In this document: positions 29,913 through 38,715 of the stretch, piece by piece | How the letters are laid out: each line of letters begins with the position of its first letter | How positions within the stretch are numbered: the first letter of the stretch is position 1 | From: Cryomorphaceae bacterium | Lineage (GTDB): Bacteria; Bacteroidota; Bacteroidia; Flavobacteriales; Flavobacteriaceae | NCBI GenBank assembly: GCA_003331875.1 | Contig: QOQA01000003.1 | Coordinates: 269-64,268, forward strand | Length of the DNA stretch: 64,000 bases | Direction: 5' to 3' | The notes under the pieces: model-generated | What the model was told of the DNA's origin: nothing | Databases searched by the model: none | The model's input: the letters and a program-made list of their open reading frames with translations, nothing else | Program-made: the position numbers and the translations under genes

Positions 29913-30927
29913 GTATTTTATTATTTACTTGATTGATTTTGGAAATAGTATCATCTGAAAGTTTAACATATATACTATCAATATTTTCCTTCAATTGATC
30001 AACGGTTGTTGCCCCAATAATATTACTTGTTACGAATGGACGATCATTAACAAAAGCTAGTGATAATTGAGTTAGTGAAAGATCATTTTTTTGGGCAATT
30101 TCATTGTATAGTCTTGCAGCTTTAAAAGAATTTTCACTATTGTATCTTTTTAATCTCGGGAAAAGTTCCATTCTACTATTTTTTGGAATATTTCCATCAA
30201 AATACTTTCCGGTTAAAACTCCAAAAGCTAAAGGTGAATATGCCAAAAGACCTATAGATTCTCTTTTACATATCTCAGAGCTACCAATTTCAAATAACCT
30301 ATTTAATAAAGAGTAAGGATTTTGAACGGTAATCATTTTTGGTAGATCTCTTTTTGAATATTCTAAAAACTTCATAATTCCCCAAGGGTTTTCATTTGAT
30401 AAACCTACGTGTCTAATTTTTCCAACATCAATTAGATTCTTAAGTTTATTCAATATAGTTTCAAAATTATCTTCCCACGAGTCATTATGGTATTGGAAAT
30501 TTCTATTTCCGAATGTGTTTGTAATTCTCTCAGGCCAATGCAATTGATACAAGTCAATATAATCTGTTTTTAGGCGTTTTAAACTACCGTTTACAGCATC
30601 CTCAATTGAGGATGCTTTAAAGCCAGATTTTCTTATATGTGCTGTGTAGTCACCTGGGCCTGCAATTTTTGTAGCTAAAATTACCTTGTCTCTTTTTTTA
30701 GACTCGTGAAACCAATTTCCAATTATTTCTTCTGTTATTGCATATTTATCTGGACTTGCTGGAACTGGATATAACTCTGCAGTATCAAAAAAATTAACTC
30801 CCCTGTCAATGGAATAATTCATCTGATCAAAAGCCTCATCTTGACTATTTTGTCTTCCCCAGGTCATTGTACCCAAACAAATTTTACTAACCTTAATTTT
30901 AGTATTTGGTAAATAATTATAATCCAC
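29896..30927 (-). CDS. NADP(H)-dependent aldo/keto reductase (Tas-like)
   Basis: LGTMTWG, FFDTAELYP, DLYQLHWP. The likely start GTG 30927 (VDYNYLPNTKIKVS) shares 1 nt with the xth stop. The ORF is open to 30957. Confidence 0.88.
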   Translation of the reverse strand: MDYNYLPNTKIKVSKICLGTMTWGRQNSQDEAFDQMNYSIDRGVNFFDTAELYPVPASPDKYAITEEIIGNWFHESKKRDKVILATKIAGPGDYTAHIRKSGFKASSIEDAVNGSLKRLKTDYIDLYQLHWPERITNTFGNRNFQYHNDSWEDNFETILNKLKNLIDVGKIRHVGLSNENPWGIMKFLEYSKRDLPKMITVQNPYSLLNRLFEIGSSEICKRESIGLLAYSPLAFGVLTGKYFDGNIPKNSRMELFPRLKRYNSENSFKAARLYNEIAQKNDLSLTQLSLAFVNDRPFVTSNIIGATTVDQLKENIDSIYVKLSDDTISKINQVNNKIPNPSP

Positions 30928-31691
30928 TATATTTTGATTTTTAATCCAACAGGACAATGATCGGAGTGATATACATCAGGCAATATAAATGATTCCGTTA
31001 AATTATTTTGCAATTCAAGTGAAGCTAATAAATAATCGATTCTCCAACCCTTATTATTCGCTCTTGAGTTTGCTCTGTAACTCCACCATGAATATTTGTG
31101 GGGAGATGGGTTAAAATATCTAAACGTATCAATAAAACCATTATTAATAAACTTATCTAACCACTCTCTTTCCTCAGGTAAAAATCCTGATACTTTAGCG
31201 TTTCTAACGGGGTCATGAATATCAATGGCATTATGGCAAATATTGTAGTCTCCTCCAATTATTAGATTTGGTATTGATTCTTTTAAAGCGTTAATATAGG
31301 AGGCAAAATCATCCATATATTTAAATTTGAATCCTAACCTGTCTATATTGGTTCCTGAGGGTAGATATAAACTCATAACAGAAAATTTATCAAAATCAAC
31401 CCTCAAATTCCTTCCCTCACAATCCATATAATCAATTCCTACACCGTAGGCTATATTTTTTGGTTTGATCTTGGATATTATTCCAACTCCGCTATAACCT
31501 TTTTTCTTTGCCGGGTACCAATAACTATAATATCCTAATTCTTTAAAAATTGACGAGTCGAATTGATCTTCATTTGCCTTAATCTCTTGAAAACATACTA
31601 TATCTGGATTACAGTTTTTTAGCCAAGAGAATAGATCTTTTCTGATAGCTGCCCGAATTCCGTTAATGTTGTATGAAATAATATTAATCAC
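30927..31691 (-). CDS. xth: Exodeoxyribonuclease III
   Basis: IISYNINGIRAA, FQEIK, SDHCPV. The likely start is GTG 31691, and the ORF is open to TTG 31718. Overlaps the glyQS stop. Confidence 0.92.
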   Translation of the reverse strand: MINIISYNINGIRAAIRKDLFSWLKNCNPDIVCFQEIKANEDQFDSSIFKELGYYSYWYPAKKKGYSGVGIISKIKPKNIAYGVGIDYMDCEGRNLRVDFDKFSVMSLYLPSGTNIDRLGFKFKYMDDFASYINALKESIPNLIIGGDYNICHNAIDIHDPVRNAKVSGFLPEEREWLDKFINNGFIDTFRYFNPSPHKYSWWSYRANSRANNKGWRIDYLLASLELQNNLTESFILPDVYHSDHCPVGLKIKI

Positions 31692-33222
31692 CTCCGAGTA
31701 ACCAATTGTTGATATCAAGTGAATTATTTAAAAATTGCTCTAAGGTTTCCATATTGATTCTTTCCTGCTTCATACTATCGCGATCCCTTACTGTAATAGT
31801 ATTATCGTCCAAAGTTTGATGATCAATTGTTATACAATAAGGAGTTCCTATCGCATCTTGCCTTCTGTATCTTCTTCCAATGGCATCTTTATCATCATAA
31901 GTTGTACTGAACTTAAGTTTTAATTTTTCTTTAATTTCTTTTGTCATTTCAGGCAAGCCATCTTTTTTTAATAATGGTAGAAAAGCACATTTGTAGGGCG
32001 CTATAATTTTAGGTAGTTTTAAAACTACTCTTTCTGAATCAGAATCAATTTTTTCAGATACTAATGACGAGGAAAATACAGCTAAAAACATTCTATCAAC
32101 ACCTATTGAGGTTTCGAGAACATATGGTGTGTATTTTTTATTATCCACAGGATCAAAATATTTTATTTGCTTATTTGAAAATTTTTCATGATTAGATAAA
32201 TCAAAGTCAGTTCTAGAATGAATGCCCTCCAATTCTTTAAATCCAAAAGGGAAATTAAATTCAATATCACAGGCTGCATCAGCATAATGCGCAAGTTTCT
32301 CATGATCATGAAATCTAAAAAGACTCTTATCAATTCCTAATGAAAGGTGCCAATCTAACCTTGTTTGTTTCCAGTACTCATACCAATCTTTTTGTGAACC
32401 TGGTTTAATAAAGAATTGCATTTCCATTTGTTCAAATTCTCTCATTCTAAAAATAAATTGCCTAGCTACAATTTCATTTCTAAATGCTTTACCAATTTGA
32501 GCAATGCCGAAAGGTATTTTCAATCTCCCGGTTTTTTGGACGTTTAAATAATTTAAAAATATTCCCTGAGCTGTTTCTGGTCTTAAAAAAAGATCACTGG
32601 AGCTTGAGTTTGTAGCACCAATCTGAGTTTTAAACATTAGGTTAAATTGTTTTACATCAGTCCAATTTTTTGTACCGGATACAGGACATACTATCTCACA
32701 ATCCAATATAATTTTATTGAGTTCTTCTAAATCATCATTTTTTAGAGCATCACTAAATCTTAATAATATTTGATTTATATTATTTCTGATTTTTAAAACC
32801 TTTGGGTTGGTTTTTAGAAATGTTTCTTTATTGAAGGTGTCGCCAAATCTTTTCTCTTGCTTTTTTTGTTCTTTTAAAATTTTAGATTCACATTTCGTAA
32901 TATAATCTTCAATTAAATTATCTGCTCTGTACCTTTTTTTTGAATCTCTATTGTCAATAAGTGGATCATTAAAAGCATCAATATGTCCACTAGCTTTCCA
33001 AGTTGTAGGATGTGAGAAAATTGAAGAGTCGATACCCACAATATTGTCATTTAATTGAACCATTGATTTCCACCAATAATCTTTAATATTATTTTTAAGC
33101 AGTACACCGTTTTGGGCATAATCGTAGACGGCACTTAAGCCATCATAAATTTCACTTGACTGAAAAATAAATCCATATTCTTTTGAATGAGAAATTATTT
33201 TTTTAAAATCTTCAGATGACAT
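31684..33222 (-). CDS. glyQS: Glycine--tRNA ligase (alpha2 type)
   Basis: 512 aa with class II motifs (FRNEISPR-like AFRNEIVARQFIFRMREFEQMEMQFF, GVDR). Confidence 0.95.
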   Translation of the reverse strand: MSSEDFKKIISHSKEYGFIFQSSEIYDGLSAVYDYAQNGVLLKNNIKDYWWKSMVQLNDNIVGIDSSIFSHPTTWKASGHIDAFNDPLIDNRDSKKRYRADNLIEDYITKCESKILKEQKKQEKRFGDTFNKETFLKTNPKVLKIRNNINQILLRFSDALKNDDLEELNKIILDCEIVCPVSGTKNWTDVKQFNLMFKTQIGATNSSSSDLFLRPETAQGIFLNYLNVQKTGRLKIPFGIAQIGKAFRNEIVARQFIFRMREFEQMEMQFFIKPGSQKDWYEYWKQTRLDWHLSLGIDKSLFRFHDHEKLAHYADAACDIEFNFPFGFKELEGIHSRTDFDLSNHEKFSNKQIKYFDPVDNKKYTPYVLETSIGVDRMFLAVFSSSLVSEKIDSDSERVVLKLPKIIAPYKCAFLPLLKKDGLPEMTKEIKEKLKLKFSTTYDDKDAIGRRYRRQDAIGTPYCITIDHQTLDDNTITVRDRDSMKQERINMETLEQFLNNSLDINNWLLGGD

Positions 33223-33296
33223 AAAGCAAAAATACTATATCTTAATAAAAGATAAGATAGTATTTTTCAAAATAAACTTTTTAATTTGTAGAAAAT

Positions 33297-34874
33297 ATGA
33301 TTAGGAAAGTTTTTCTGTTTTCAATTATTTTTTTTGTCATTGGGTGTGCGAAACGAGGAACACCAGATGGTGGACCAAAAGATGAAGACCCACCTGTTTT
33401 ACTAAGAGCTCAACCTGCCAATAACTCTTCAAATTTTAATTCAGAAAAAATCAGGATTTATTTTGATGAATATGTAAAGCTTGAAAAAATAAATTCTCAA
33501 TTAATTGTGTCTCCACCGATTGAAAAATCTGGATACTCCATCTTCCCACAGGGTGGTGCTTCAAAATTTATTGATATTGAACTAAAAGATAGCCTAATGA
33601 AAAACTCTACTTACTCATTTAATTTTGGTCAAGCATTAGTTGATAATAATGAGGGCAACCTGTTACCATTTTTTAAATATGTTTTTTCAACTGGTAATTA
33701 TGTGGACTCTCTAGAAGTTTCTGGTAATGTAAATGATAGCTATAATGTAGATACTGATGAATTTATTACTGCAATGTTATATCCAATCGACAGTCTGTAC
33801 AATGATTCAATAATTTATAACGGTAAGCCACTTTATGTCTCAAATACATTAGACAGCACCAACTTTAAATTTACTAACCTCAAAATGGGCACTTATAATT
33901 TGGTGGCAATCAAAGACTACAATAATAACTACAGATATGATCCTCTAACAGAAAAAATAGCTTTTAATGAAACTTTTATTTCTATTCCAAATGATTCACT
34001 CTTCAACTTAGATGTTTTCAAGGAGACCCCAGAGTTTAAAATTTTTAAACCATTTCAAGAGAATGAGAATAGAATAAACTTTGGTTTTCAGGGTGAAGTT
34101 GAGAACTTAGACATACAAATTAAATCTTTAAATAATTTAAATAGTGTTATTACTTTTGATAAGGAAAAGGATACATTATATTTTTGGCTTGAAAACTCCA
34201 ATTTCGATTCTTTGAATTTTGAAATTAAAAATAAAACCTATGAAAAAAGTTTTCTTTTTAAATTTCAAAAAAAGGAGCTGGGTAAAGATTCTTTACAGTT
34301 GAAACAACAATCGCAAATTCTTGAATTATCTAATAAGTTAGTATTGGAATCTACAACACCAGTGACTAAGGTAAATACCCATAAAATACAGGTTTATAAT
34401 AGAGACTCTTTGCCAGTATTATTTGAAACCAGAATAGATGACTATACAAATATTATTATAGATTTTGAAGTTTTACCAAACGATAGCTACTACGTCAATA
34501 TAATGCCCAATGCTATTATAGATCTGTTTCAAAAAACAACCGATAGTCTAAATTTTACTTTTAAAACAAAAAAAATATCTGAATATGGAAAAATTTTTTT
34601 TAAACCAATTCAAAAGAAGTATCCCTTAATAGTTGATTTAATTAACATAAAAGGAGAAGTAATTGATTCACAATATCTAGCATTGGCAACTGAAAATTGT
34701 GTTTTTGAAAATATAGTTCCTGGAGAGTACAATATAAGGTTAGTTGAGGATAATAATGAGAATAAAAAAAGGGATACAGGAAATTTTCTAGAAAAAATTC
34801 AACCTGAAAAAATTTACTTCAATAATGAAATTATAAAGGTTAGAGCAAATTGGATAATTAGGGAAAGTTTCTAA
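33297..34874 (+). CDS. Ig-like (SbsA/Big_5-like) domain lipoprotein
   Basis: Lipobox VIGC followed by the AKRGTPDGGPKDEDPPVLL...IRIYFDEYVKL pattern typical of Bacteroidetes Ig-like-domain lipoproteins. Confidence 0.7.
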   Translation: MIRKVFLFSIIFFVIGCAKRGTPDGGPKDEDPPVLLRAQPANNSSNFNSEKIRIYFDEYVKLEKINSQLIVSPPIEKSGYSIFPQGGASKFIDIELKDSLMKNSTYSFNFGQALVDNNEGNLLPFFKYVFSTGNYVDSLEVSGNVNDSYNVDTDEFITAMLYPIDSLYNDSIIYNGKPLYVSNTLDSTNFKFTNLKMGTYNLVAIKDYNNNYRYDPLTEKIAFNETFISIPNDSLFNLDVFKETPEFKIFKPFQENENRINFGFQGEVENLDIQIKSLNNLNSVITFDKEKDTLYFWLENSNFDSLNFEIKNKTYEKSFLFKFQKKELGKDSLQLKQQSQILELSNKLVLESTTPVTKVNTHKIQVYNRDSLPVLFETRIDDYTNIIIDFEVLPNDSYYVNIMPNAIIDLFQKTTDSLNFTFKTKKISEYGKIFFKPIQKKYPLIVDLINIKGEVIDSQYLALATENCVFENIVPGEYNIRLVEDNNENKKRDTGNFLEKIQPEKIYFNNEIIKVRANWIIRESF

Positions 34875-35621
34875 TTATTTTTTCAAACTTGCTTTAGCAT
34901 ATTCTGTATTTAACTTTGCGATATAATCAAGAGAAATTCCCTTTGGACATTCAACATGACATGCACCAGTATTTGTACAATTACCAAAACCTTCTAAATC
35001 CATTTGTTTGACCATGTTCAAAACCCTATCAGTTGCTTCAACCTTTCCTTGTGGGAGTAAAGCAAACTGAGAAACTTTAGCTGAAACAAATAACATAGCT
35101 GATGAATTTTTACAGGTGGCAACACAAGCGCCACATCCAATACATGTTGCTGCATCAAATGCTTTGTCAGCATTTTCTTTTTCAACTGGAATTGTATTTG
35201 CATCTAGGGTATTTCCAGACGTGTTAATCGAAATATATCCGCCTGCCTGTTGAATTCTGTCAAAAGCTGTCCTATCAACAACAAGGTCCTTAATAATAGG
35301 GAAAGCTCGAGACCTGAAAGGTTCAATATATATTGTATCACCATCTTTAAACTTACGCATGTGTAATTGACATGTAGTTACTCCACGGTCAGGCCCATGT
35401 GGTTCACCGTTTATAAACATTGAACATGATCCACAAATTCCTTCCCTACAATCATGATCAAAAGCAACAGGATCTCCACCATCAAGCACTATTTTTTCAT
35501 TAAGCACATCCATCATTTCAAGAAATGACATGTCTTCGCTTATTTCGTCAATTTCATAATTAACTATTTTTCCCTTTTCTTTAGAGTTTTTCTGCCTCCA
35601 TATTTTCAAAAACAATTTCAT
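34875..35621 (-). CDS. sdhB: Succinate dehydrogenase/fumarate reductase iron-sulfur subunit
   Basis: [28 protein letters not shown]. Its stop abuts the stop of the convergent lipoprotein gene with 0 nt spacing. Confidence 0.96.
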   Translation of the reverse strand: MKLFLKIWRQKNSKEKGKIVNYEIDEISEDMSFLEMMDVLNEKIVLDGGDPVAFDHDCREGICGSCSMFINGEPHGPDRGVTTCQLHMRKFKDGDTIYIEPFRSRAFPIIKDLVVDRTAFDRIQQAGGYISINTSGNTLDANTIPVEKENADKAFDAATCIGCGACVATCKNSSAMLFVSAKVSQFALLPQGKVEATDRVLNMVKQMDLEGFGNCTNTGACHVECPKGISLDYIAKLNTEYAKASLKK

Positions 35622-35622
35622 A

Positions 35623-37920
35623 CTACTTGTAAGACCTATTTTTTAGTTCTACATTATTGAACAGCAATTTTTCTTTGTGAAGAATTGAGTTTTCAATTAT
35701 CTTATCATATTCCCATGCAGATACAAAAGTGAATTCTTTGTCATTTCTCATTGCCTCACCTTCTTTGGTTTGGTATTCTTCTCTAAAATGACCTCCACAA
35801 GATTCATTTCTTTTAAGGGCATCTAATGCAAATAATTCACCAAGCTCAATAAAATCAGCAACCCTTAAAGCTTTTGCTAACGGTTCATTAAATGAAAATT
35901 GATCACCAGGTATTAACAAATCAGAATAGAATTGTTTTTTTAACTTTTGAATTTCCTTTATGGCTGATTTTAAATCAACTGAATTTCTAGACATCCCACA
36001 ATTGTTCCAAATTATTTTACCTAACTTTTTATGAAAATAATCAACTGTTTTAGATCCATTTATATTCATTAATTTTTCTATACTATCCTCAACAGATTTT
36101 TTTGCTTGAATAAATTCTGGTAATTCATTATTTATTGGACCTGTTTTTATATCATCTGCAAGAAAGTCATTAATAGTATTTGGCAACACAAAATACCCAT
36201 CAGCTAATCCTTGCATTAAAGCTGAAGCTCCTAACCTATTAGCTCCATGATCTGAAAAATTAGCTTCTCCTATCGCATAGCATCCAGGTATAGTAGTCAT
36301 TAAATTATAATCAACCCATAAACCTCCCATTGTGTAATGAACAGCAGGGTAAATCATCATTGGGGTTTTATAGGGATCTTGATCAACAATCTTCTCATAC
36401 ATTTGGAATAAGTTACCATATTTGGCCTTTATCACATCTTCACCCAATGATTTAATCAAATTTATATCGTTCATATCAAGACCTTTAACTAGGGCTTTTT
36501 CTTTTCCATACCTAATTATTGAGGAAGAGAAATCCAAAAAAACCGCTTCACCAGTTTTGTTTACTCCATAACCTGAATCACATCTTTCTTTGGCAGCTCT
36601 GGAAGCTACATCTCTAGGAACTAAGTTGCCAAAAGCAGGATATCTCCTTTCCAAATAATAATCTCTGTCGTCTTCGGGTATTTCAGTTGGTTTTAATATA
36701 TTATTCCTAATTTTCTTAGCATCTTCCAATTTTTTTGGGACCCAAATTCTCCCATCGTTTCTTAATGATTCTGACATCAGAGTTAATTTTGATTGGTAAT
36801 CTCCAGAAACAGGAATGCAAGTTGGATGTATTTGAGTAAAAGAAGGGTTAGCAAAAAAAGCTCCTTTTTTATGAACTTTCCATGAAGCTGAGACATTACT
36901 ACCCATAGCATTTGTAGATAAATAGAATAGATTTCCATAACCTCCAGATGCAAGCACAACAGCATGTGCAGAATGGCTTTCAATTTCTCCAGTAACTAGA
37001 TTTCTGGTTATAATTCCTTTTGCCTTACCATCAATAATTACTATGTCCATCATCTCATGTCTACTATACATTTTTATTTTACCTCTAGCTATTTGTCTAT
37101 TCATTGCAGAATAGGCACCTAAAAGTAATTGTTGTCCAGTTTGTCCCTTTGCATAAAATGTTCTAGAAACTAAAACCCCACCAAATGATCTATTATCCAA
37201 TAATCCCCCGTATTCTCTTGCAAAGGGGACACCTTGTGCTACACATTGGTCAATAATGCTAGTAGAAACCTCCGCTAATCTGTAAACATTAGCTTCTCTA
37301 GACCTGTAATCTCCACCCTTTATTGTATCGTAAAAAAGTCTGTGTACAGAATCTCCATCACCTTGATAATTTTTTGCTGCATTAATTCCACCCTGTGCTG
37401 CAATTGAGTGCGCTCTTCTGGACGAGTCTTGAAAGCAGAATGCCTTAACATTATAACCCTGCTCAGCAAGAGTGGCTGATGCTGAGCCGCCTGCTAAACC
37501 AGTTCCCACGACAATAATATCAATATTTCTTTTGTTAGCAGGACTAACTAAACGGACCTTATTTTTATGGTTTGTCCATTTCATATCCAAAGATCCTTCA
37601 GGTATTTTAGAGTTCAGAACACCATTGGATACTTTAATATTCTTAGCATGGGAATGTAATTCAACTGATAAATTTTTCAAAAGCGTATTCTTTTCTAGAT
37701 AATTTGGATCGGAGGATTTTATAGGGTGGCGATTATTAGATTTATGCCAATCTGTATCCCAATCTTCTAGTTTACATTTAATGCCAGTACTTTTTTTTGT
37801 GACTTTGTATTTGCCGTTACCTATTGAATGATAGTACCTTAGGCAAACAACCAACTCATCATGATCAGAGTATTGATTTTTAGGTTTTCGATAATTAAGG
37901 GAATAAGTAATTTTTTTCAT
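35623..37920 (-). CDS. sdhA: Succinate dehydrogenase/fumarate reductase flavoprotein subunit with an anomalous roughly 100-aa N-terminal extension
   Basis: From LNSKIPEG...[13 protein letters not shown]...[11 protein letters not shown] onward it is canonical Bacteroidetes SdhA/FrdA. The ORF stays open 100 codons further upstream to ATG 37920. The first in-frame ATG inside the conserved part is 37584. Confidence 0.93.
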   Translation of the reverse strand: MKKITYSLNYRKPKNQYSDHDELVVCLRYYHSIGNGKYKVTKKSTGIKCKLEDWDTDWHKSNNRHPIKSSDPNYLEKNTLLKNLSVELHSHAKNIKVSNGVLNSKIPEGSLDMKWTNHKNKVRLVSPANKRNIDIIVVGTGLAGGSASATLAEQGYNVKAFCFQDSSRRAHSIAAQGGINAAKNYQGDGDSVHRLFYDTIKGGDYRSREANVYRLAEVSTSIIDQCVAQGVPFAREYGGLLDNRSFGGVLVSRTFYAKGQTGQQLLLGAYSAMNRQIARGKIKMYSRHEMMDIVIIDGKAKGIITRNLVTGEIESHSAHAVVLASGGYGNLFYLSTNAMGSNVSASWKVHKKGAFFANPSFTQIHPTCIPVSGDYQSKLTLMSESLRNDGRIWVPKKLEDAKKIRNNILKPTEIPEDDRDYYLERRYPAFGNLVPRDVASRAAKERCDSGYGVNKTGEAVFLDFSSSIIRYGKEKALVKGLDMNDINLIKSLGEDVIKAKYGNLFQMYEKIVDQDPYKTPMMIYPAVHYTMGGLWVDYNLMTTIPGCYAIGEANFSDHGANRLGASALMQGLADGYFVLPNTINDFLADDIKTGPINNELPEFIQAKKSVEDSIEKLMNINGSKTVDYFHKKLGKIIWNNCGMSRNSVDLKSAIKEIQKLKKQFYSDLLIPGDQFSFNEPLAKALRVADFIELGELFALDALKRNESCGGHFREEYQTKEGEAMRNDKEFTFVSAWEYDKIIENSILHKEKLLFNNVELKNRSYK
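37621..37920 (-). other. Integrase arm-type DNA-binding-domain-like module, in frame with sdhA
   Basis: [27 protein letters not shown]...[19 protein letters not shown]...NRHP...[12 protein letters not shown] matches my recollection of the N-termini of Bacteroidetes tyrosine recombinases. No core-binding or catalytic domain follows. Confidence 0.5.
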
Positions 37921-37934
37921 TCTATCTTGAAAAT

Positions 37935-37945
37935 ATTATAACACA
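37935..37945. repeat. Copy 1 of an 11-bp direct repeat (ATTATAACACA) in the sdhC-sdhA spacer
   Basis: An identical 11-mer recurs at 37972-37982. Each copy is adjacent to one arm of the inverted repeat TCTATCTT (37921-37928) / AAGATAGA (37961-37968). Confidence 0.6.
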
Positions 37946-37971
37946 CCTTTTTACCTGTCAAAGATAGATAA

Positions 37972-37982
37972 ATTATAACACA
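37972..37982. repeat. Copy 2 of the 11-bp direct repeat (ATTATAACACA)
   Basis: See copy 1. The start-to-start spacing is 37 bp. Confidence 0.6.
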
Positions 37983-38005
37983 TTAAAAATTATTTTATTT
38001 TCTTT

Positions 38006-38668
38006 TTAATGAGATAAAAAATGATAGATAGCGATAAAGCAGAAGCCTAGTGGAATAAAAATTCCAAACGAATAACTAATTTTTTTAATTAAAGATGAAT
38101 ATCGATTACTTGTCCCTAAAGATTGTGTGGAAGAGGCTAGTCCGTGGACTAAATGTAAAGCTAAAAAAACAAACGAAATACAGTAAAAAACTACTTTTGT
38201 GGGATCTTGAAATTTTTCAACTAACTCATGATGATACCTGTTTGGATCATCAGGTTTGAATTCAATATACTTGTATTCCATTTCAGGAATCCAAAAGTCA
38301 TAAAAATGTAAGCCCAAAAATGATAAAATAACTGCACCCGAAAGAATCATATATCTTGAAACCATCAATGAATTTTTAGACCCACTAAAAACAGCATAAC
38401 TCACTGGTCTAGCTTTTCTATTTTGATAATCTAAAACAAATCCCATAACAAAATGAAAAAGTACTCCTGCAATCAATATTGGTTGAAGAACAAACTGGAC
38501 TAGTGGATTGGTACCCATAAAATGAGAAAGCCAATTAAACAAGCTATCGCTGAAGACAGAGGTTATGTTTATTAAAAAGTGTTGTGTTAAAAAAACAATT
38601 AAAAAAATGCCTGACAAGGCCATTGCAATTTTACGGCCTATGGAAGAATTAAATAATTTTTTTAACAT
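38006..38668 (-). CDS. sdhC: Succinate dehydrogenase cytochrome b subunit (b558 family)
   Basis: 220 aa with 5 TM helices and an N-terminal SSIGRKIAMALSGIFLIVFL..HF pattern. ATG at 38668, with the ORF open to TTG 38692. Confidence 0.9.
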   Translation of the reverse strand: MLKKLFNSSIGRKIAMALSGIFLIVFLTQHFLINITSVFSDSLFNWLSHFMGTNPLVQFVLQPILIAGVLFHFVMGFVLDYQNRKARPVSYAVFSGSKNSLMVSRYMILSGAVILSFLGLHFYDFWIPEMEYKYIEFKPDDPNRYHHELVEKFQDPTKVVFYCISFVFLALHLVHGLASSTQSLGTSNRYSSLIKKISYSFGIFIPLGFCFIAIYHFLSH

Positions 38669-38715
38669 AATTGACAAAATTACTTTACACAAGCATCACA
38701 AGCAAATAATATGCC

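Noticed and set aside
35018-35203. Same-strand alternative-frame ORF inside sdhB, and a similar one at 36783-36983 inside sdhA.
   Set aside because: They are embedded in strongly conserved coding frames and are short, with no support.
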